From positions 96,001-160,000 of the forward strand of contig CAYZJA010000002.1 of NCBI GenBank assembly GCA_964479005.1: DNA of 64,000 nt, read 5' to 3'. Positions 39,317-49,809 of the stretch are shown here, piece by piece (within the stretch, counting starts at the first letter, position 1; each line of letters opens with the position of its first letter). The notes under the pieces were generated by a model. The model saw only the letters and a list, made by a program, of their open reading frames with translations, was not told the DNA's origin and searched no databases. Source of the stretch: an uncultured Candidatus Saccharibacteria bacterium (GTDB lineage: Bacteria > Patescibacteriota > Minisyncoccia > UBA6257). The translations under genes and the position numbers were made by a program.

Positions 39317-40801
39317 ATGTCTAAACATTGCATTTATATTTCTACTGCTATTGATTATCCTTCTAACAAGCCTCATCTTGGGCATGCTTTAGAAAAAATT
39401 CAAGCCGATGCTTTAGCGCGTTATTTTAGGTTCCAGGAGAAAGAAGTGTATTTTAGTACTGGGACTGATGAACACGGGCTTAAAATTCAAAAATGTGCAG
39501 AGAAAGCAGAAAAAACGCCTCAACAATTTGTTGATGAAATGGTTAGTTATTTTAAGAATCTTGATAAGGTTTTAGATATTTCTTACGATGATTTTATTAG
39601 AACGTCTGAGTCACGGCATATAAAAGTAGTAGAAGAGATAATTAAGAAAATCTATCAAAAAGGCGATATCTACAAAGGCAGATACAAAGGTTTGTATTGT
39701 ATGGAATGCGAAACTTATTATTTGCCAAAAGACATTCCAGAAGGGAAATGCCCTGTTCATCATTTGATGTTAGAGCAGGTTGAAGAAGAAACATATTTTT
39801 TCAAAATGGGCAAATATAAGGAGGAAATATTTAAACATATTCAAGAGAAATCTAATTTTATTATGCCTGAAAACAGAAAGAAGGAAATTCTGAATCGCCT
39901 TTCTGAACCTATTCAGGATTTAAGTATTTCTCGTAAAAATGTTAAATGGGGTATTCCTTTACCTTGGGACAAAGAGTTCACTTTGTTCGTTTGGGTAGAC
40001 GCTTTGATTAATTATTTATCTACTCTAGATTATTCGAAAGAAAGGTTTAAAAAATTTTGGTCGGATCAAAACGAAGTCTACCATATAATCGGGAAAGATA
40101 TTATTTGGCATCATAGTGTTATTTGGAGCAGTTTATTGCTTTCAGCTGGCTTACCTCTGCCTAAAACTATTTTTGTTCATGGTTTCATTACTGTTGAAGG
40201 AGAAAAAATGTCAAAATCATTGGGAAATATTATTAATCCTGTAGAGTTAGTTGAAAAATATGGCGCTGATGTAGTGCGTTATTTCCTTCTTCGAGAGTTT
40301 TCTCCTTTTGAAGATGGTGATTTTTCTGAACAAAGATTAAAGGAGCGTTATAATTCTGATTTGGCACAAGGCTTAGGTAATTTAGTTTCACGCGTCTTGG
40401 CTTTAGGAGAGCAATATGGGAAACAGATAATGGTTCAATGTTTGGATTCCGATTTGATTACTAAGTCTTGGAGCGATTATAAAAAGCAGATGGAAGCGTT
40501 TCGTTTTAATGATGCTTTAGCAACTACTTGGAATTTAATTTCTTATTGCGATAAATATATCAGTGATACGAAACCGTGGGAAAAAATTAGTGATGAAAAA
40601 GAATTTCAGAAAATCTTAGGCGCATTAGTATATATATTAGGTAATATTTCTTTAATGCTTTCTCCGGCAATGCCTAAAACATCTGAAAAGATACTCGAAT
40701 TTCTTAAATTACAAGGTAGATCAAAACAAGATTGGTTGTCACAAAAGGTTTTACTTGAAAAACAACCACCTTTGTTCCCAAAAAAGGAATCACGAAGTTA
40801 A
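39317..40801 (+). CDS. metG: Methionyl-tRNA synthetase
   Basis: HLGHALEK HIGH-type motif, KMSKSLGN, and a zinc knuckle CMECETYY...CPVH. 494 aa. Confidence 0.9.
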   Translation: MSKHCIYISTAIDYPSNKPHLGHALEKIQADALARYFRFQEKEVYFSTGTDEHGLKIQKCAEKAEKTPQQFVDEMVSYFKNLDKVLDISYDDFIRTSESRHIKVVEEIIKKIYQKGDIYKGRYKGLYCMECETYYLPKDIPEGKCPVHHLMLEQVEEETYFFKMGKYKEEIFKHIQEKSNFIMPENRKKEILNRLSEPIQDLSISRKNVKWGIPLPWDKEFTLFVWVDALINYLSTLDYSKERFKKFWSDQNEVYHIIGKDIIWHHSVIWSSLLLSAGLPLPKTIFVHGFITVEGEKMSKSLGNIINPVELVEKYGADVVRYFLLREFSPFEDGDFSEQRLKERYNSDLAQGLGNLVSRVLALGEQYGKQIMVQCLDSDLITKSWSDYKKQMEAFRFNDALATTWNLISYCDKYISDTKPWEKISDEKEFQKILGALVYILGNISLMLSPAMPKTSEKILEFLKLQGRSKQDWLSQKVLLEKQPPLFPKKESRS

Positions 40802-40803
40802 TT

Positions 40804-41655
40804 ATGTTTTTTGACTCTCATACACATTTAAATTTAGTTGCTTTTGACAAAGATAGAGAAGAAATAATAAGAAAAACCCTGGAACAGGGTATTTTTGTAA
40901 TTAATATAGGAACTTGCTATGAAACTTCTAAAAAAGCAATAGAAATTGCTCAACAATATGAAAATTGTTGGGCTACAGTAGGGTTACATCCTAGCCATAC
41001 AATACCAATGAAAATTGATAAAAGTGAATTAAAGATAAGTAGCAAGGAGGATGTATCAGAAGCAGAAGTTTTTAATGAAAAATTTGAATCACTTTTAAAA
41101 GAAGCCTTCAACTTTGCTCAGGGCAGGCCCAAAGTAGTAGCTATTGGTGAGTGCGGATTGGATTATAGTTATTTGAAAGATTTTTCTGGAAAGGATCAAA
41201 TAAAGTATGCAAAGATGGAAGAGGAAGAGTTTAGAAAACAAATTCAAGCTGCCAAAAAATATAATTTACCTTTGTCTCTACATATACGTGATTTATATGA
41301 AAAAGCCTTAATAATTTTGGAAGAAGAAAGATATAAGGGCGAGGCAGTATTCCATTTCTTTACTGGTAAAGTGAATCAGGCGCAAAAGATTTTAAAAAAA
41401 GGATTTTATTTAGGTTTTTCAGGTATCATTACATATTCAGAAATAATGAATGATGTTATTAAAAACGCACCGCTTGAGAAGATATTAATTGAAACAGACG
41501 CTCCTTACGTAGCACCAGTTCCTTATAGAAGCAATAGAAACGAGCCAATCTATGTAAAGGAAGTAGCTAAAAAAATTGCCCAGATAAAAAAACTTCCTCT
41601 AAAAAAGATAGAGGAAGCTACATTTAAAAACACTTTGCGACTTTTTGGAATATAA
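40804..41655 (+). CDS. tatD: TatD-family metal-dependent hydrolase/DNase
   Basis: MFFDSHTHLN start, GECGLDY and ETDAPY motifs. Confidence 0.85.
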   Translation: MFFDSHTHLNLVAFDKDREEIIRKTLEQGIFVINIGTCYETSKKAIEIAQQYENCWATVGLHPSHTIPMKIDKSELKISSKEDVSEAEVFNEKFESLLKEAFNFAQGRPKVVAIGECGLDYSYLKDFSGKDQIKYAKMEEEEFRKQIQAAKKYNLPLSLHIRDLYEKALIILEEERYKGEAVFHFFTGKVNQAQKILKKGFYLGFSGIITYSEIMNDVIKNAPLEKILIETDAPYVAPVPYRSNRNEPIYVKEVAKKIAQIKKLPLKKIEEATFKNTLRLFGI

Positions 41656-41786
41656 TTTCAAAGGCCCGGAAATATTATTTCATTGTTTAACAATTAGCAA
41701 ATAGTAAGGCGAGAAGAGGTTGTTGAAAAAAACTATAGCGATTAGCGTGTTTTTGAAATAACCTCTTCTCGCCTTCTTACTATCAT

Positions 41787-43490
41787 CTAGACTTCAATGA
41801 CAACTGGCAATACCATTGGGCGGCGCTGTGTTTTTTTAAACAGGAATAAACCTATCTCATTTCTTAAATTATTGCGGATATAACCTTCATTGAATGTATC
41901 TCCTTTTGTTGAACGGCTTACAATTTCCCTCACTAATTTTTTCGTTTGATTTATCAATTCTTTTGATTCTTTCATATAAACAAATCCTTGAGAAATAATT
42001 TCGGGATTATTATAAAGTAGTCCTGTTTTTCTATCCACCAAAGCAATGATGATAAAAATTCCATCCTTGGAAAGGGTTTGTCTTGCTCGAAGAACCACTT
42101 CTTTAATATCCCCCACACCTAATCCGTCAACCATTATATAGTTTGTAGGAACAAATTTTTCTGTTGCTGTTATTTTATTTTTAGTTAATTCAATTATTTG
42201 GCCGTTTGCTCCTGTTACAATATTTTGTTTGCCGATACCCAAGGATTCTGCTATTTCACTATGGAGTTTTAACATAGAAAAATGGCCGTGAATAGGCATA
42301 AAGAAATGTGGCTTGGTGAGATTAATCATCATCTTTGAATCATCTTGATAGCCATGCCCAGAAGAATGAATATCAACCATTTTATAGTGGTAGATATTAG
42401 CGCCTTGTTTTGCCAGATTGTCTTTTAGGTTTTGAACAGCCAATTCGTTTCCCGGAACAACAGAGGAAGAGAAAATAACGGTATCTCCTTTTTGTATCCT
42501 TAAATATTTATGTTCTCTATTCACTATTCTCATTAAAGTGGCTTCACTTTCACCTTGCGCGCCAGTACATAGTATTGTTAGCTTTTGCGGGTCAAGCCGA
42601 CTTGCTTCTTTCCAGTTGATTATAGTTCCTTTTTTAACACTTATGTATTTTAGTTTTTCCGCAATAGCTAAATTAGTTTTCATAGCATAACCTTGAATAA
42701 CAATTTTGCGATTATATTTTTCTGATAGCCAAATAGCTTGCTGAAGCCTGTTGATTAATGAAGCAAATGTGGCTAGTATGATTCTTCCTTTTGTTTGCGC
42801 AAAAAGAGTGTCTAAATTATCCATTATTGTTTTTTCAGAAACAGAATGTCCTGGATTTTCTATTCCAGTTGAGTCGGACATTAGAAGTTGTACGCCTTGG
42901 GAAGCAAGTGTGGCAATCCGTGATAAATCTGCTGGTTTATCACCAATTGGTTGGAAATCAAATTTAAAATCGGTTGCATACATAATTAATCCATGCGGTG
43001 TATTAATGGCTAATCCCAAAGTATCAGGTATGTTGTGGTTTAAATGGAATGGGGAAATTTTAAAAGGGCCTAATGTTGTGGATTTATTTGGGTTTATATC
43101 TTCAATATTCAATTTTTTTAGGCTAGGAAAATCTTCCTGCCTTTTTAAAATTATTCCACGGGTTAAAGGCGGGGCATAAATAGTGGGATAATTTAATTTA
43201 TTAATTAGATAAGGTATGGCTCCAATGTGGTCATAGTGGGCATGAGTGATAAAAACCCCTAATATTTTTTTCTCTGGATGGCTTGTTAAGTATTCAATGT
43301 TAGGAATAATAAAATCAATGCCCGGCATATCTTCATCAGGAAACTGTAGCCCCATATCTACAATCAGGACCTGATTCTCGTATTCAAAAAGAGTCATATT
43401 GCGGCCAATTTCTTCCAATCCTCCCAAAGGAATAATTTTTAATGGGGTTGTGGACGTTTTTGTTTTTTTATAAAATTTTTTACGTTCCAT
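41787..43490 (-). CDS. rnj: Ribonuclease J
   Basis: MBL motif HAHYDHIGAIPYL, beta-CASP and C-terminal domains. Start placed at the MERKKF Met, whereas the ORF track extends to 43547. Confidence 0.85.
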   Translation of the reverse strand: MERKKFYKKTKTSTTPLKIIPLGGLEEIGRNMTLFEYENQVLIVDMGLQFPDEDMPGIDFIIPNIEYLTSHPEKKILGVFITHAHYDHIGAIPYLINKLNYPTIYAPPLTRGIILKRQEDFPSLKKLNIEDINPNKSTTLGPFKISPFHLNHNIPDTLGLAINTPHGLIMYATDFKFDFQPIGDKPADLSRIATLASQGVQLLMSDSTGIENPGHSVSEKTIMDNLDTLFAQTKGRIILATFASLINRLQQAIWLSEKYNRKIVIQGYAMKTNLAIAEKLKYISVKKGTIINWKEASRLDPQKLTILCTGAQGESEATLMRIVNREHKYLRIQKGDTVIFSSSVVPGNELAVQNLKDNLAKQGANIYHYKMVDIHSSGHGYQDDSKMMINLTKPHFFMPIHGHFSMLKLHSEIAESLGIGKQNIVTGANGQIIELTKNKITATEKFVPTNYIMVDGLGVGDIKEVVLRARQTLSKDGIFIIIALVDRKTGLLYNNPEIISQGFVYMKESKELINQTKKLVREIVSRSTKGDTFNEGYIRNNLRNEIGLFLFKKTQRRPMVLPVVIEV

Positions 43491-43577
43491 ATTTTTTATT
43501 TTACCCCCACACCATAACGAGCACTGAGTGCTTCGCACCAAATACAAAGTATGTGCTCATTTGGTGTGGGGGTTTAG

Positions 43578-43663
43578 TGCCGCGGGTGGGATTTGAACCC
43601 ACATCCCGAGATTTCGGGACACGGTTCTGAACCGTGCGCGTCTGCCAATTTCGCCACCGCGGC
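43578..43663 (-). tRNA. tRNA-Leu (anticodon CAG), type II
   Basis: Reverse complement folds as acceptor GCCGCGG/CCGCGGC, anticodon stem CACGG/CCGTG with loop TTCAGAA, long variable arm, discriminator A. Confidence 0.8.
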
Positions 43664-43667
43664 AAAT

Positions 43668-45350
43668 TTATTTATTTATTATTGTACGTTTAGTGTATAT
43701 ATACCAATTCTCAATATCAGCGAATTTTTCTGATGGCAGATTGGCATATTGAATATGATAACCTTTTATTTTTTGCGGAAGGATATAGAGATAAAAGGGA
43801 TTATAAAGAAAAAGGGCAGGTTTATCTTCAAAAAGTATACTTTGAATTGTTTTTAAGTCATTTGTTCGTTGTTCTTCATTAAAAGTTTGTCTCGTTTTTT
43901 CTAAAAGTTCGTCTAAGTCCTTATTTTGATAGGCAGAAAGGTTAAGACCTGGATCAGTTATTTGTGAAGAGTGCCAAAAAGAAAATAAATCAGGGTCTTG
44001 TCCTATAATTTCTCCAAAAAGCAGTGCGTCATAGGATCTAGTTTGAATAATTTCTTTTTCTAAAGTAGCCAATGGAAGAATTTGTAGTTCTACAGAAATT
44101 CCTATTTTTTCCCAGCAAGTTGCCAAATAATTAGCCACTCTGATTAATTCTAAATTATCAGGAAGTGAAAGAATAAAAGTTTTTTGGTCGGGCTCTAATT
44201 GTTCAATGATTTTTTTTGCGTTTTGTAGCGAATATTCTGGTGAGAAATTGAATTCTTCTTCTAAGAATCCGGGGGTAAAAGGACCTCCCAAAGGAAAAGC
44301 TTGTTCTTTTAATATTTCTGTCATTAATTCTTGTCGTGGTATTGCTAAATCTAGTGCCTGTCGAATTTCTTTTTGATCAAATAAAGAGTTTCTTAGATTT
44401 AAAAACACTGCATAATAACGGGGAAGGTACAAAGAAGCCATTTGGACGTTCTTTTTGCCTCCAAAGAAATCTACATCTTCGATTAAAACAGGAGAGAATC
44501 CGTCGATTTCTTTTTTTAATAATCCGCTCTTAGCTAAATCATAATTATCGTAAGAACGGAAGATTAATTTGGAAATATAAGGTTCTTTTTTAAAATAATT
44601 TTCATTAGCTACCAGAGAATAACTAATAATTTTTCCCAGTTTGTTTTTTTCTAAGCTGTCAAAAAGATATGGCCCTGTTCCAATTGGTTTAAGATTATAG
44701 TCCGCTGATAAAAAATTTCTTGATTCAATATTTTCCCAGATATGTTTTGGAATTATTTTTAAAGTAAGGTTTTGTAAGAATGGCTTATAAGGGTTTTTAA
44801 GATTAAAACGTATAACATGTGTCCCTAATTTTTCTACAATAACCCCTCCCCAATTTAATCTCAATGGGCTTCTTATGCTTGGATCTTGGATTGTCTCAAT
44901 TGTAAAAATTACATCATCTGCCGTGAAAGTCATTCCATCATGCCAAAAAACATTGTCCTTAAGGAATATGATATAGGTCTTGCCATCTTTACTAACTTCT
45001 GTTTTTTCTGCTAAATTAGTGATTAATTTTCCTTGTCCATCAATAGAATATAAGCCGTCATAAATTAATTCTATCAAGTCCTTATCATAGTCGTTGGATT
45101 GAGCTAAAACAGGGTTAATATAAGATGGGCGGCCAATGATGCCTAAATGTAAGACCCCTCCTTTTTCTGGTTCAAGTGTTGTAAATCTGCAAATAAAATT
45201 AAAAATTAGAAGAAAAATGCCGGCAAGCAGAAAGCATAAAAATAAAAAACCGAGAGTTTTCTTTTTTAATGGTAATTTTAACCACTTTTTAAATAAGGAG
45301 TACCTCGTTTCTCCCTTCGCTCGAAATAAAGAACTAAAAATGGTTTTCAT
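43668..45350 (-). CDS. ABC transporter substrate-binding protein, family 5 (oligopeptide/nickel-type), membrane-anchored
   Basis: 560 aa, N-terminal TM, overall family 5 SBP architecture. No adjacent permease. Confidence 0.65.
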   Translation of the reverse strand: MKTIFSSLFRAKGETRYSLFKKWLKLPLKKKTLGFLFLCFLLAGIFLLIFNFICRFTTLEPEKGGVLHLGIIGRPSYINPVLAQSNDYDKDLIELIYDGLYSIDGQGKLITNLAEKTEVSKDGKTYIIFLKDNVFWHDGMTFTADDVIFTIETIQDPSIRSPLRLNWGGVIVEKLGTHVIRFNLKNPYKPFLQNLTLKIIPKHIWENIESRNFLSADYNLKPIGTGPYLFDSLEKNKLGKIISYSLVANENYFKKEPYISKLIFRSYDNYDLAKSGLLKKEIDGFSPVLIEDVDFFGGKKNVQMASLYLPRYYAVFLNLRNSLFDQKEIRQALDLAIPRQELMTEILKEQAFPLGGPFTPGFLEEEFNFSPEYSLQNAKKIIEQLEPDQKTFILSLPDNLELIRVANYLATCWEKIGISVELQILPLATLEKEIIQTRSYDALLFGEIIGQDPDLFSFWHSSQITDPGLNLSAYQNKDLDELLEKTRQTFNEEQRTNDLKTIQSILFEDKPALFLYNPFYLYILPQKIKGYHIQYANLPSEKFADIENWYIYTKRTIINK

Positions 45351-45371
45351 TAGGATAAATAAGCAAAAAGA

Positions 45372-45590
45372 TTAAATCAGGAAACAGATAATTGATAGAG
45401 CGATAAATAAACCCCCTAATATAATAGTGAATACAAAAATTGTTTTTTCCAAACCCCTTCTCGTACCATAGAATTGAGAAGATATTCCTCCTAATACTCC
45501 CATTCCTCCTCCTCGCTGTTGCAAAAGCACAAGAATTATAAGAAGGATACCGATAACGATTTGAGCAATAGCTAAATCAAATTGATTCAT
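45372..45590 (-). CDS. secG: Preprotein translocase subunit SecG
   Basis: 72 aa with two TM helices and the LLQQRGGGMG...TRRGLEKT pattern. Confidence 0.8.
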   Translation of the reverse strand: MNQFDLAIAQIVIGILLIILVLLQQRGGGMGVLGGISSQFYGTRRGLEKTIFVFTIILGGLFIALSIICFLI

Positions 45591-45689
45591 AATTAAAATA
45601 TTCTATTTTAATTTCAACGTCCTTGAGCGAAGACACGTTAAACGTGGCGAAGCGAAAGGTTGTTATAATTGTTTAATTTTTAATCATCA

Positions 45690-46052
45690 CTATTTAATCC
45701 GATGTAAAAAAGAATTAAAAATACTAATAATAATGGATGCAGCTAACCAAGTTATAGGATACTGAATTACCAACACGGGCATGAAAATAGTCGCAGCTTT
45801 TAGCAGGATAATATTGATAATAAAGATAAAAATACCAAGAGTTATCCAAATGAGCGGGAGAAAAAGAATTCGTAAAATTGGTTTTATTAGTAAATTAAGA
45901 AGTGAAAGAATCAAAGCGAGAAGAATCAGTTGTTCTAATGTGCCCTGAAAATAGAAATCATTAAATAAATAATTTAATAATCTCTGGCAGAGCAAAATCG
46001 CCGCAATATTAAGGATAACACCAAAAAGAAGTCTCTTTAAAAAACGCATCAT
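45690..46052 (-). CDS. DUF360/'phage holin 4_2'-family small membrane protein
   Basis: LLNLLIKPILRILFLPLIWITLGIFIFIIN matches the YvlD/DUF360 pattern. 120 aa. Confidence 0.5.
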   Translation of the reverse strand: MMRFLKRLLFGVILNIAAILLCQRLLNYLFNDFYFQGTLEQLILLALILSLLNLLIKPILRILFLPLIWITLGIFIFIINIILLKAATIFMPVLVIQYPITWLAASIIISIFNSFLHRIK

Positions 46053-46174
46053 TTAATAGGGGTATTATACGTTAATAAGAACAAAAAGTCAAAAGTAAGA
46101 GATTATTTTGGGCAAAGCCACGTTTAACGTGGCAAAGCGAGAAAAAAGGTTCTGCGAGCAAAGTGAGCAGGCTC

Positions 46175-47791
46175 TTATTTTTTAATTCTAAGCAGTGGAA
46201 CTAAGCTTTGCCCCGTCATTTCTGAAGGGATTGGTAAACCAAATAATTCTAAAATTGTGGGTGTAACGTCGGCAAGCATTCCTCCAGCCCATTTTTCTAT
46301 TTCCAAAATTTCTTTTATTGAACGAGGAGAAGAAAATTTCCACCTTTTATCTATTAAATAAAAAGGAACAAGGCTGGTATCATGTTTGGTTTCTATTTCT
46401 CCAGTTAGAGGATTCATCATTCTCTCTAAATTGCCATGGTCAGCAGTAATAATAGTAGTATAATTCAATGCTTGGCTTTTTTGAATTATTTTTGCCACTT
46501 CCTGATCCATAATTTTCGCGCATTGAATACCCGCTTTCATATTGCCTGTATGGCCTATTAAATCAGGATTAGCGTAATTTACTAATATAAAATCATAAAT
46601 ATTTTCATCAAAAGATTGAAAAAGGCGCGTAGTAATTTCCGGAGCCCTTAATTCCGGATAATCTTCAAGATGCAAAGTTTTTATAGAAGGAATAATTACC
46701 CAATATTCACCCGGGAATGGTTTTTCTTTAAATCCGTCGAAAAAATATGTAACATGGGCGTATTTTTCCGTTTCTGCTAAATGAAGTTGTCGTTTTCCAG
46801 CCTTAGAAAGTATTTGAGATAAACAGGTAGAGATTTTTTGAGGGGGGAATGCTACTGGTAAAGCAAAATCTTTTTTATATTGAGTAAATGTAGTAATTTT
46901 CAATTCTTGGAATTTTTTAATAGGAAATTTGTCAAATTGAGGATTAATAAAAGGCTCTACCAATTGTCGCATTCTTTCTTCGCGAAAATTGAAGAATATA
47001 ATGCCATCTTGTTCTTTGATAATACTTGAAGGATCTTGTTCGTTTGGATCACCAATCAGTGCCGGAACAATAAATTCATCAGTAATGCCTTCTTTATAAG
47101 ATTTTTCTAAATAAGCGAGAGCATCATCTTCTGTTTTGCATTTACCAAAAACTAAAGCGTTATAACATTTAGCTATTCTGTTAAAATTATTATCTCTATC
47201 CATGGCATAAAAACGTCCTGACAAGCTGGCGATTTTGCTTTTCCCCCGTATTTTTATATCTTCTTGCAATTGAATTATTAATTCTTTTGCTTTTGTTGGA
47301 GAAGAATCTCGTCCATCAGTAAAAAGATGCAAATTTATTTTTTCTATCTTGAGAGAATTGGCTAAATCCAAAAGCGCCATAAGGTGCTCGTAAGAACTAT
47401 GGACAATATTATTACTAAATAAACCGGCTAAGTGTAATGTGCTATTATTCTTTTTAACATGGTTATAGGTTTTCAACAAAGCTGGGTTTTGGAAAAAAGA
47501 TCCATTTTGTATGCTTTGTGAAATACGGACAGAATATTGGTATAAAATTTGACCAGTGCCTAATGTTAAATGGCCTACCTCGCTGTTTCCGGCTTTGTTA
47601 AATGGCAATCCTACAGAAATACCTGATGCTTGTAAAGAAACCATAGGATAATATTTTTTAATTTCATCAATATTTGGAGTACCAGCTCTATGGATAGCAT
47701 TAGAAAAATCTTTTTTTCCTATTCCCCAACCATCTAAAATTATTAAACAAATTTTTGAACAAAGGCCAAACATATAACAATTAATTAACAA
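46175..47791 (-). CDS. gpmI: 2,3-bisphosphoglycerate-independent phosphoglycerate mutase
   Basis: ILDGWGIG...NAI..AGTPNID N-terminal motif and metal-binding C-terminal domain (ITADHGN). 538 aa. Confidence 0.9.
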   Translation of the reverse strand: MLINCYMFGLCSKICLIILDGWGIGKKDFSNAIHRAGTPNIDEIKKYYPMVSLQASGISVGLPFNKAGNSEVGHLTLGTGQILYQYSVRISQSIQNGSFFQNPALLKTYNHVKKNNSTLHLAGLFSNNIVHSSYEHLMALLDLANSLKIEKINLHLFTDGRDSSPTKAKELIIQLQEDIKIRGKSKIASLSGRFYAMDRDNNFNRIAKCYNALVFGKCKTEDDALAYLEKSYKEGITDEFIVPALIGDPNEQDPSSIIKEQDGIIFFNFREERMRQLVEPFINPQFDKFPIKKFQELKITTFTQYKKDFALPVAFPPQKISTCLSQILSKAGKRQLHLAETEKYAHVTYFFDGFKEKPFPGEYWVIIPSIKTLHLEDYPELRAPEITTRLFQSFDENIYDFILVNYANPDLIGHTGNMKAGIQCAKIMDQEVAKIIQKSQALNYTTIITADHGNLERMMNPLTGEIETKHDTSLVPFYLIDKRWKFSSPRSIKEILEIEKWAGGMLADVTPTILELFGLPIPSEMTGQSLVPLLRIKK

Positions 47792-47866
47792 TTAACAAAT
47801 AACGATTTAACAATAGAACAATTCAGCAATTAAAAGTTGTTCATAGTATACCTTCTTTTTTTCTCT

Positions 47867-47896
47867 TTGACAAAGAATGTGTGTTTTTGCTATAAT
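47867..47896 (+). promoter_or_regulatory. Sigma-70-like promoter TTGACA-18 bp-TATAAT
   Basis: Exact -35 and -10 hexamers, located about 260 bp upstream of rny in a 360-bp noncoding AT-rich gap. Confidence 0.4.
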
Positions 47897-48154
47897 AAAA
47901 TTAAGTTTTAATATATCAAGTCTTTGGCTCGTTATATAAAAACATATTTATCTAGTTGAAGATAAATATATCTACTTTACTTAAACTTTAACTTAGGCAC
48001 TATTTATTCTCTCACGATTAACTTTTTAGGATGTTTTACCTGAAAGATTTCTATAGAATCATATTTTATTTATTAAAGTTAAATCAAAAACTCTTAAGGG
48101 TTTCTTGGGTTTAGTTTATAAATATAGAGGATAATAGGCCTTAAATTTAAAATT

Positions 48155-49681
48155 ATGGCTATATTAGATATATCAAGCATAATTCTGTCTATTGGGATAG
48201 GATTGTTTTTGGGGTATGTTATTCGTCAGAAAATTGCCCAAAAATATTCTGATTCTATCGAGACTAAATTAAAGTCCCGTATCGAGAAAGTTCGTGAAGA
48301 AGCAAAAAAAGTTGTTTTAGAAGCCAGAGAAAAGGCTACGAAAATCTTAGAAGAATCTGAAGAAGAAAACAAGAAGAGAAAGATTCAGGTTGATAAAATG
48401 GAAGAAAGATTATTTCAACGGGAAGAGTTGGTTGATAAGAAACAAAAAGAATTAACCGAGGAAGAGAAAGAGAATAAAAGAATCTTTGAGAAAATACAAA
48501 ACTTAAAAACAGAACTGGAAAAACTTCAAAAAAGCGAATTAGAATCCTTGGAAAAAGTAGCGGGGTTATCAGTAAAAGAGGCCAAAGACGAACTTCTTAA
48601 AAGAGCAGAAAAAGAATATAGTGAGGATATATTGAAATCATTAAAAAAATTAGAAACAACAAGGAAAGAAGAAATGGAGAATAAAGCGAAAGATATAATT
48701 GTAGGCGCAATTCAAAAATATAGCCGTTCCAATGTTAGTGAAATTACTACCACTATAATGAATTTGCCTTCAGAGGATATAAAGGGAAGGATAATAGGTC
48801 GTGAAGGAAGAAATATTCGCCATTTTGAGAGACTTTCAGGAGTGGAATTGATAATGGATGATTCACCAAACACAATTATCCTTTCAAGTTTTGATCCTGC
48901 AAGGCGCGAAGTTGCGAGGATAGCTTTAGATAAATTAATTCAAGATGGCCGTATTCAACCAGCTAGAATTGAAGAAAAAATTATAGAGGCTCAGGCAGAA
49001 ATTAGGGATACAATTAAAAAAGCAGGTGAAGATGCTGTATATGAAGTTGGCATATTAGATTTACCGCCAGAAATAATCTATTTATTGGGAAGATTAAATT
49101 TTAGGACAAGTTATGGGCAGAACGCTTTAATGCACTCAATGGAAGTTTCTTTATTGAGCGCGGCTTTAGCTTCAGAGCTTGGAGCTGATGTTGGAATCGC
49201 CAAAAAAGCAGGTTTGCTTCATGATATTGGAAAAGCGGTTGATCAAGAGATTGAAGGTACACATTTAGAATTAGGGAGAAAAATATTAAAGAAATATAAT
49301 CAACCAGAGGAAATAATCAAAGCCATGCAATCCCATCATGACACATATCCTGTGGAGACTTTGGAAGCGGCTATTGTAAATGCTGCTGACGCTATTTCCG
49401 CTGCCCGTCCCGGCGCAAGAAAAGATAATGTAGAAGCATATCTTAAGCGACTAGCTAATTTAGAAGAAATAGCTTATTCTTTTAAAGGAGTTGAGAAGGT
49501 TTATGCTGTTTCTGCCGGAAGGGAAATTAGAGTTTTTGTTCATCCTAATCAAATTGATGATCTTGGAGCAATGAAGATAGCGAAAGATCTAGCTAAGCGC
49601 ATAGAAGAAACATTGAAATATCCAGGTGAAGTTAAGGTCACGGTAATTCGCGAGACGAGAGTTATTGAAGTTGCCAGATAG
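48155..49681 (+). CDS. rny: Ribonuclease Y
   Basis: N-terminal TM and coiled coil, KH domain (GRIIGREGRNIRHFE), HD domain (LLHDIGKA). Confidence 0.9.
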   Translation: MAILDISSIILSIGIGLFLGYVIRQKIAQKYSDSIETKLKSRIEKVREEAKKVVLEAREKATKILEESEEENKKRKIQVDKMEERLFQREELVDKKQKELTEEEKENKRIFEKIQNLKTELEKLQKSELESLEKVAGLSVKEAKDELLKRAEKEYSEDILKSLKKLETTRKEEMENKAKDIIVGAIQKYSRSNVSEITTTIMNLPSEDIKGRIIGREGRNIRHFERLSGVELIMDDSPNTIILSSFDPARREVARIALDKLIQDGRIQPARIEEKIIEAQAEIRDTIKKAGEDAVYEVGILDLPPEIIYLLGRLNFRTSYGQNALMHSMEVSLLSAALASELGADVGIAKKAGLLHDIGKAVDQEIEGTHLELGRKILKKYNQPEEIIKAMQSHHDTYPVETLEAAIVNAADAISAARPGARKDNVEAYLKRLANLEEIAYSFKGVEKVYAVSAGREIRVFVHPNQIDDLGAMKIAKDLAKRIEETLKYPGEVKVTVIRETRVIEVAR

Positions 49682-49693
49682 CTTTTAAGATAT

Positions 49694-49722
49694 TTGCTTT
49701 ATCTAAGCCATTTTGGTATAAT
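49694..49722 (+). promoter_or_regulatory. Sigma-70-like promoter TTGCTT-17 bp-TGgTATAAT (extended -10) upstream of hup
   Basis: Hexamers and spacing read directly from the sequence, about 85 nt upstream of the hup start codon. Confidence 0.45.
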
Positions 49723-49809
49723 TAGACATCAATAAGCTAAAAGGTCGAACCCTCTTTAGGTAGTATCTATCAGCCTAAAAAGGTAAAAAATATTATAAAA
49801 ATTATTACA

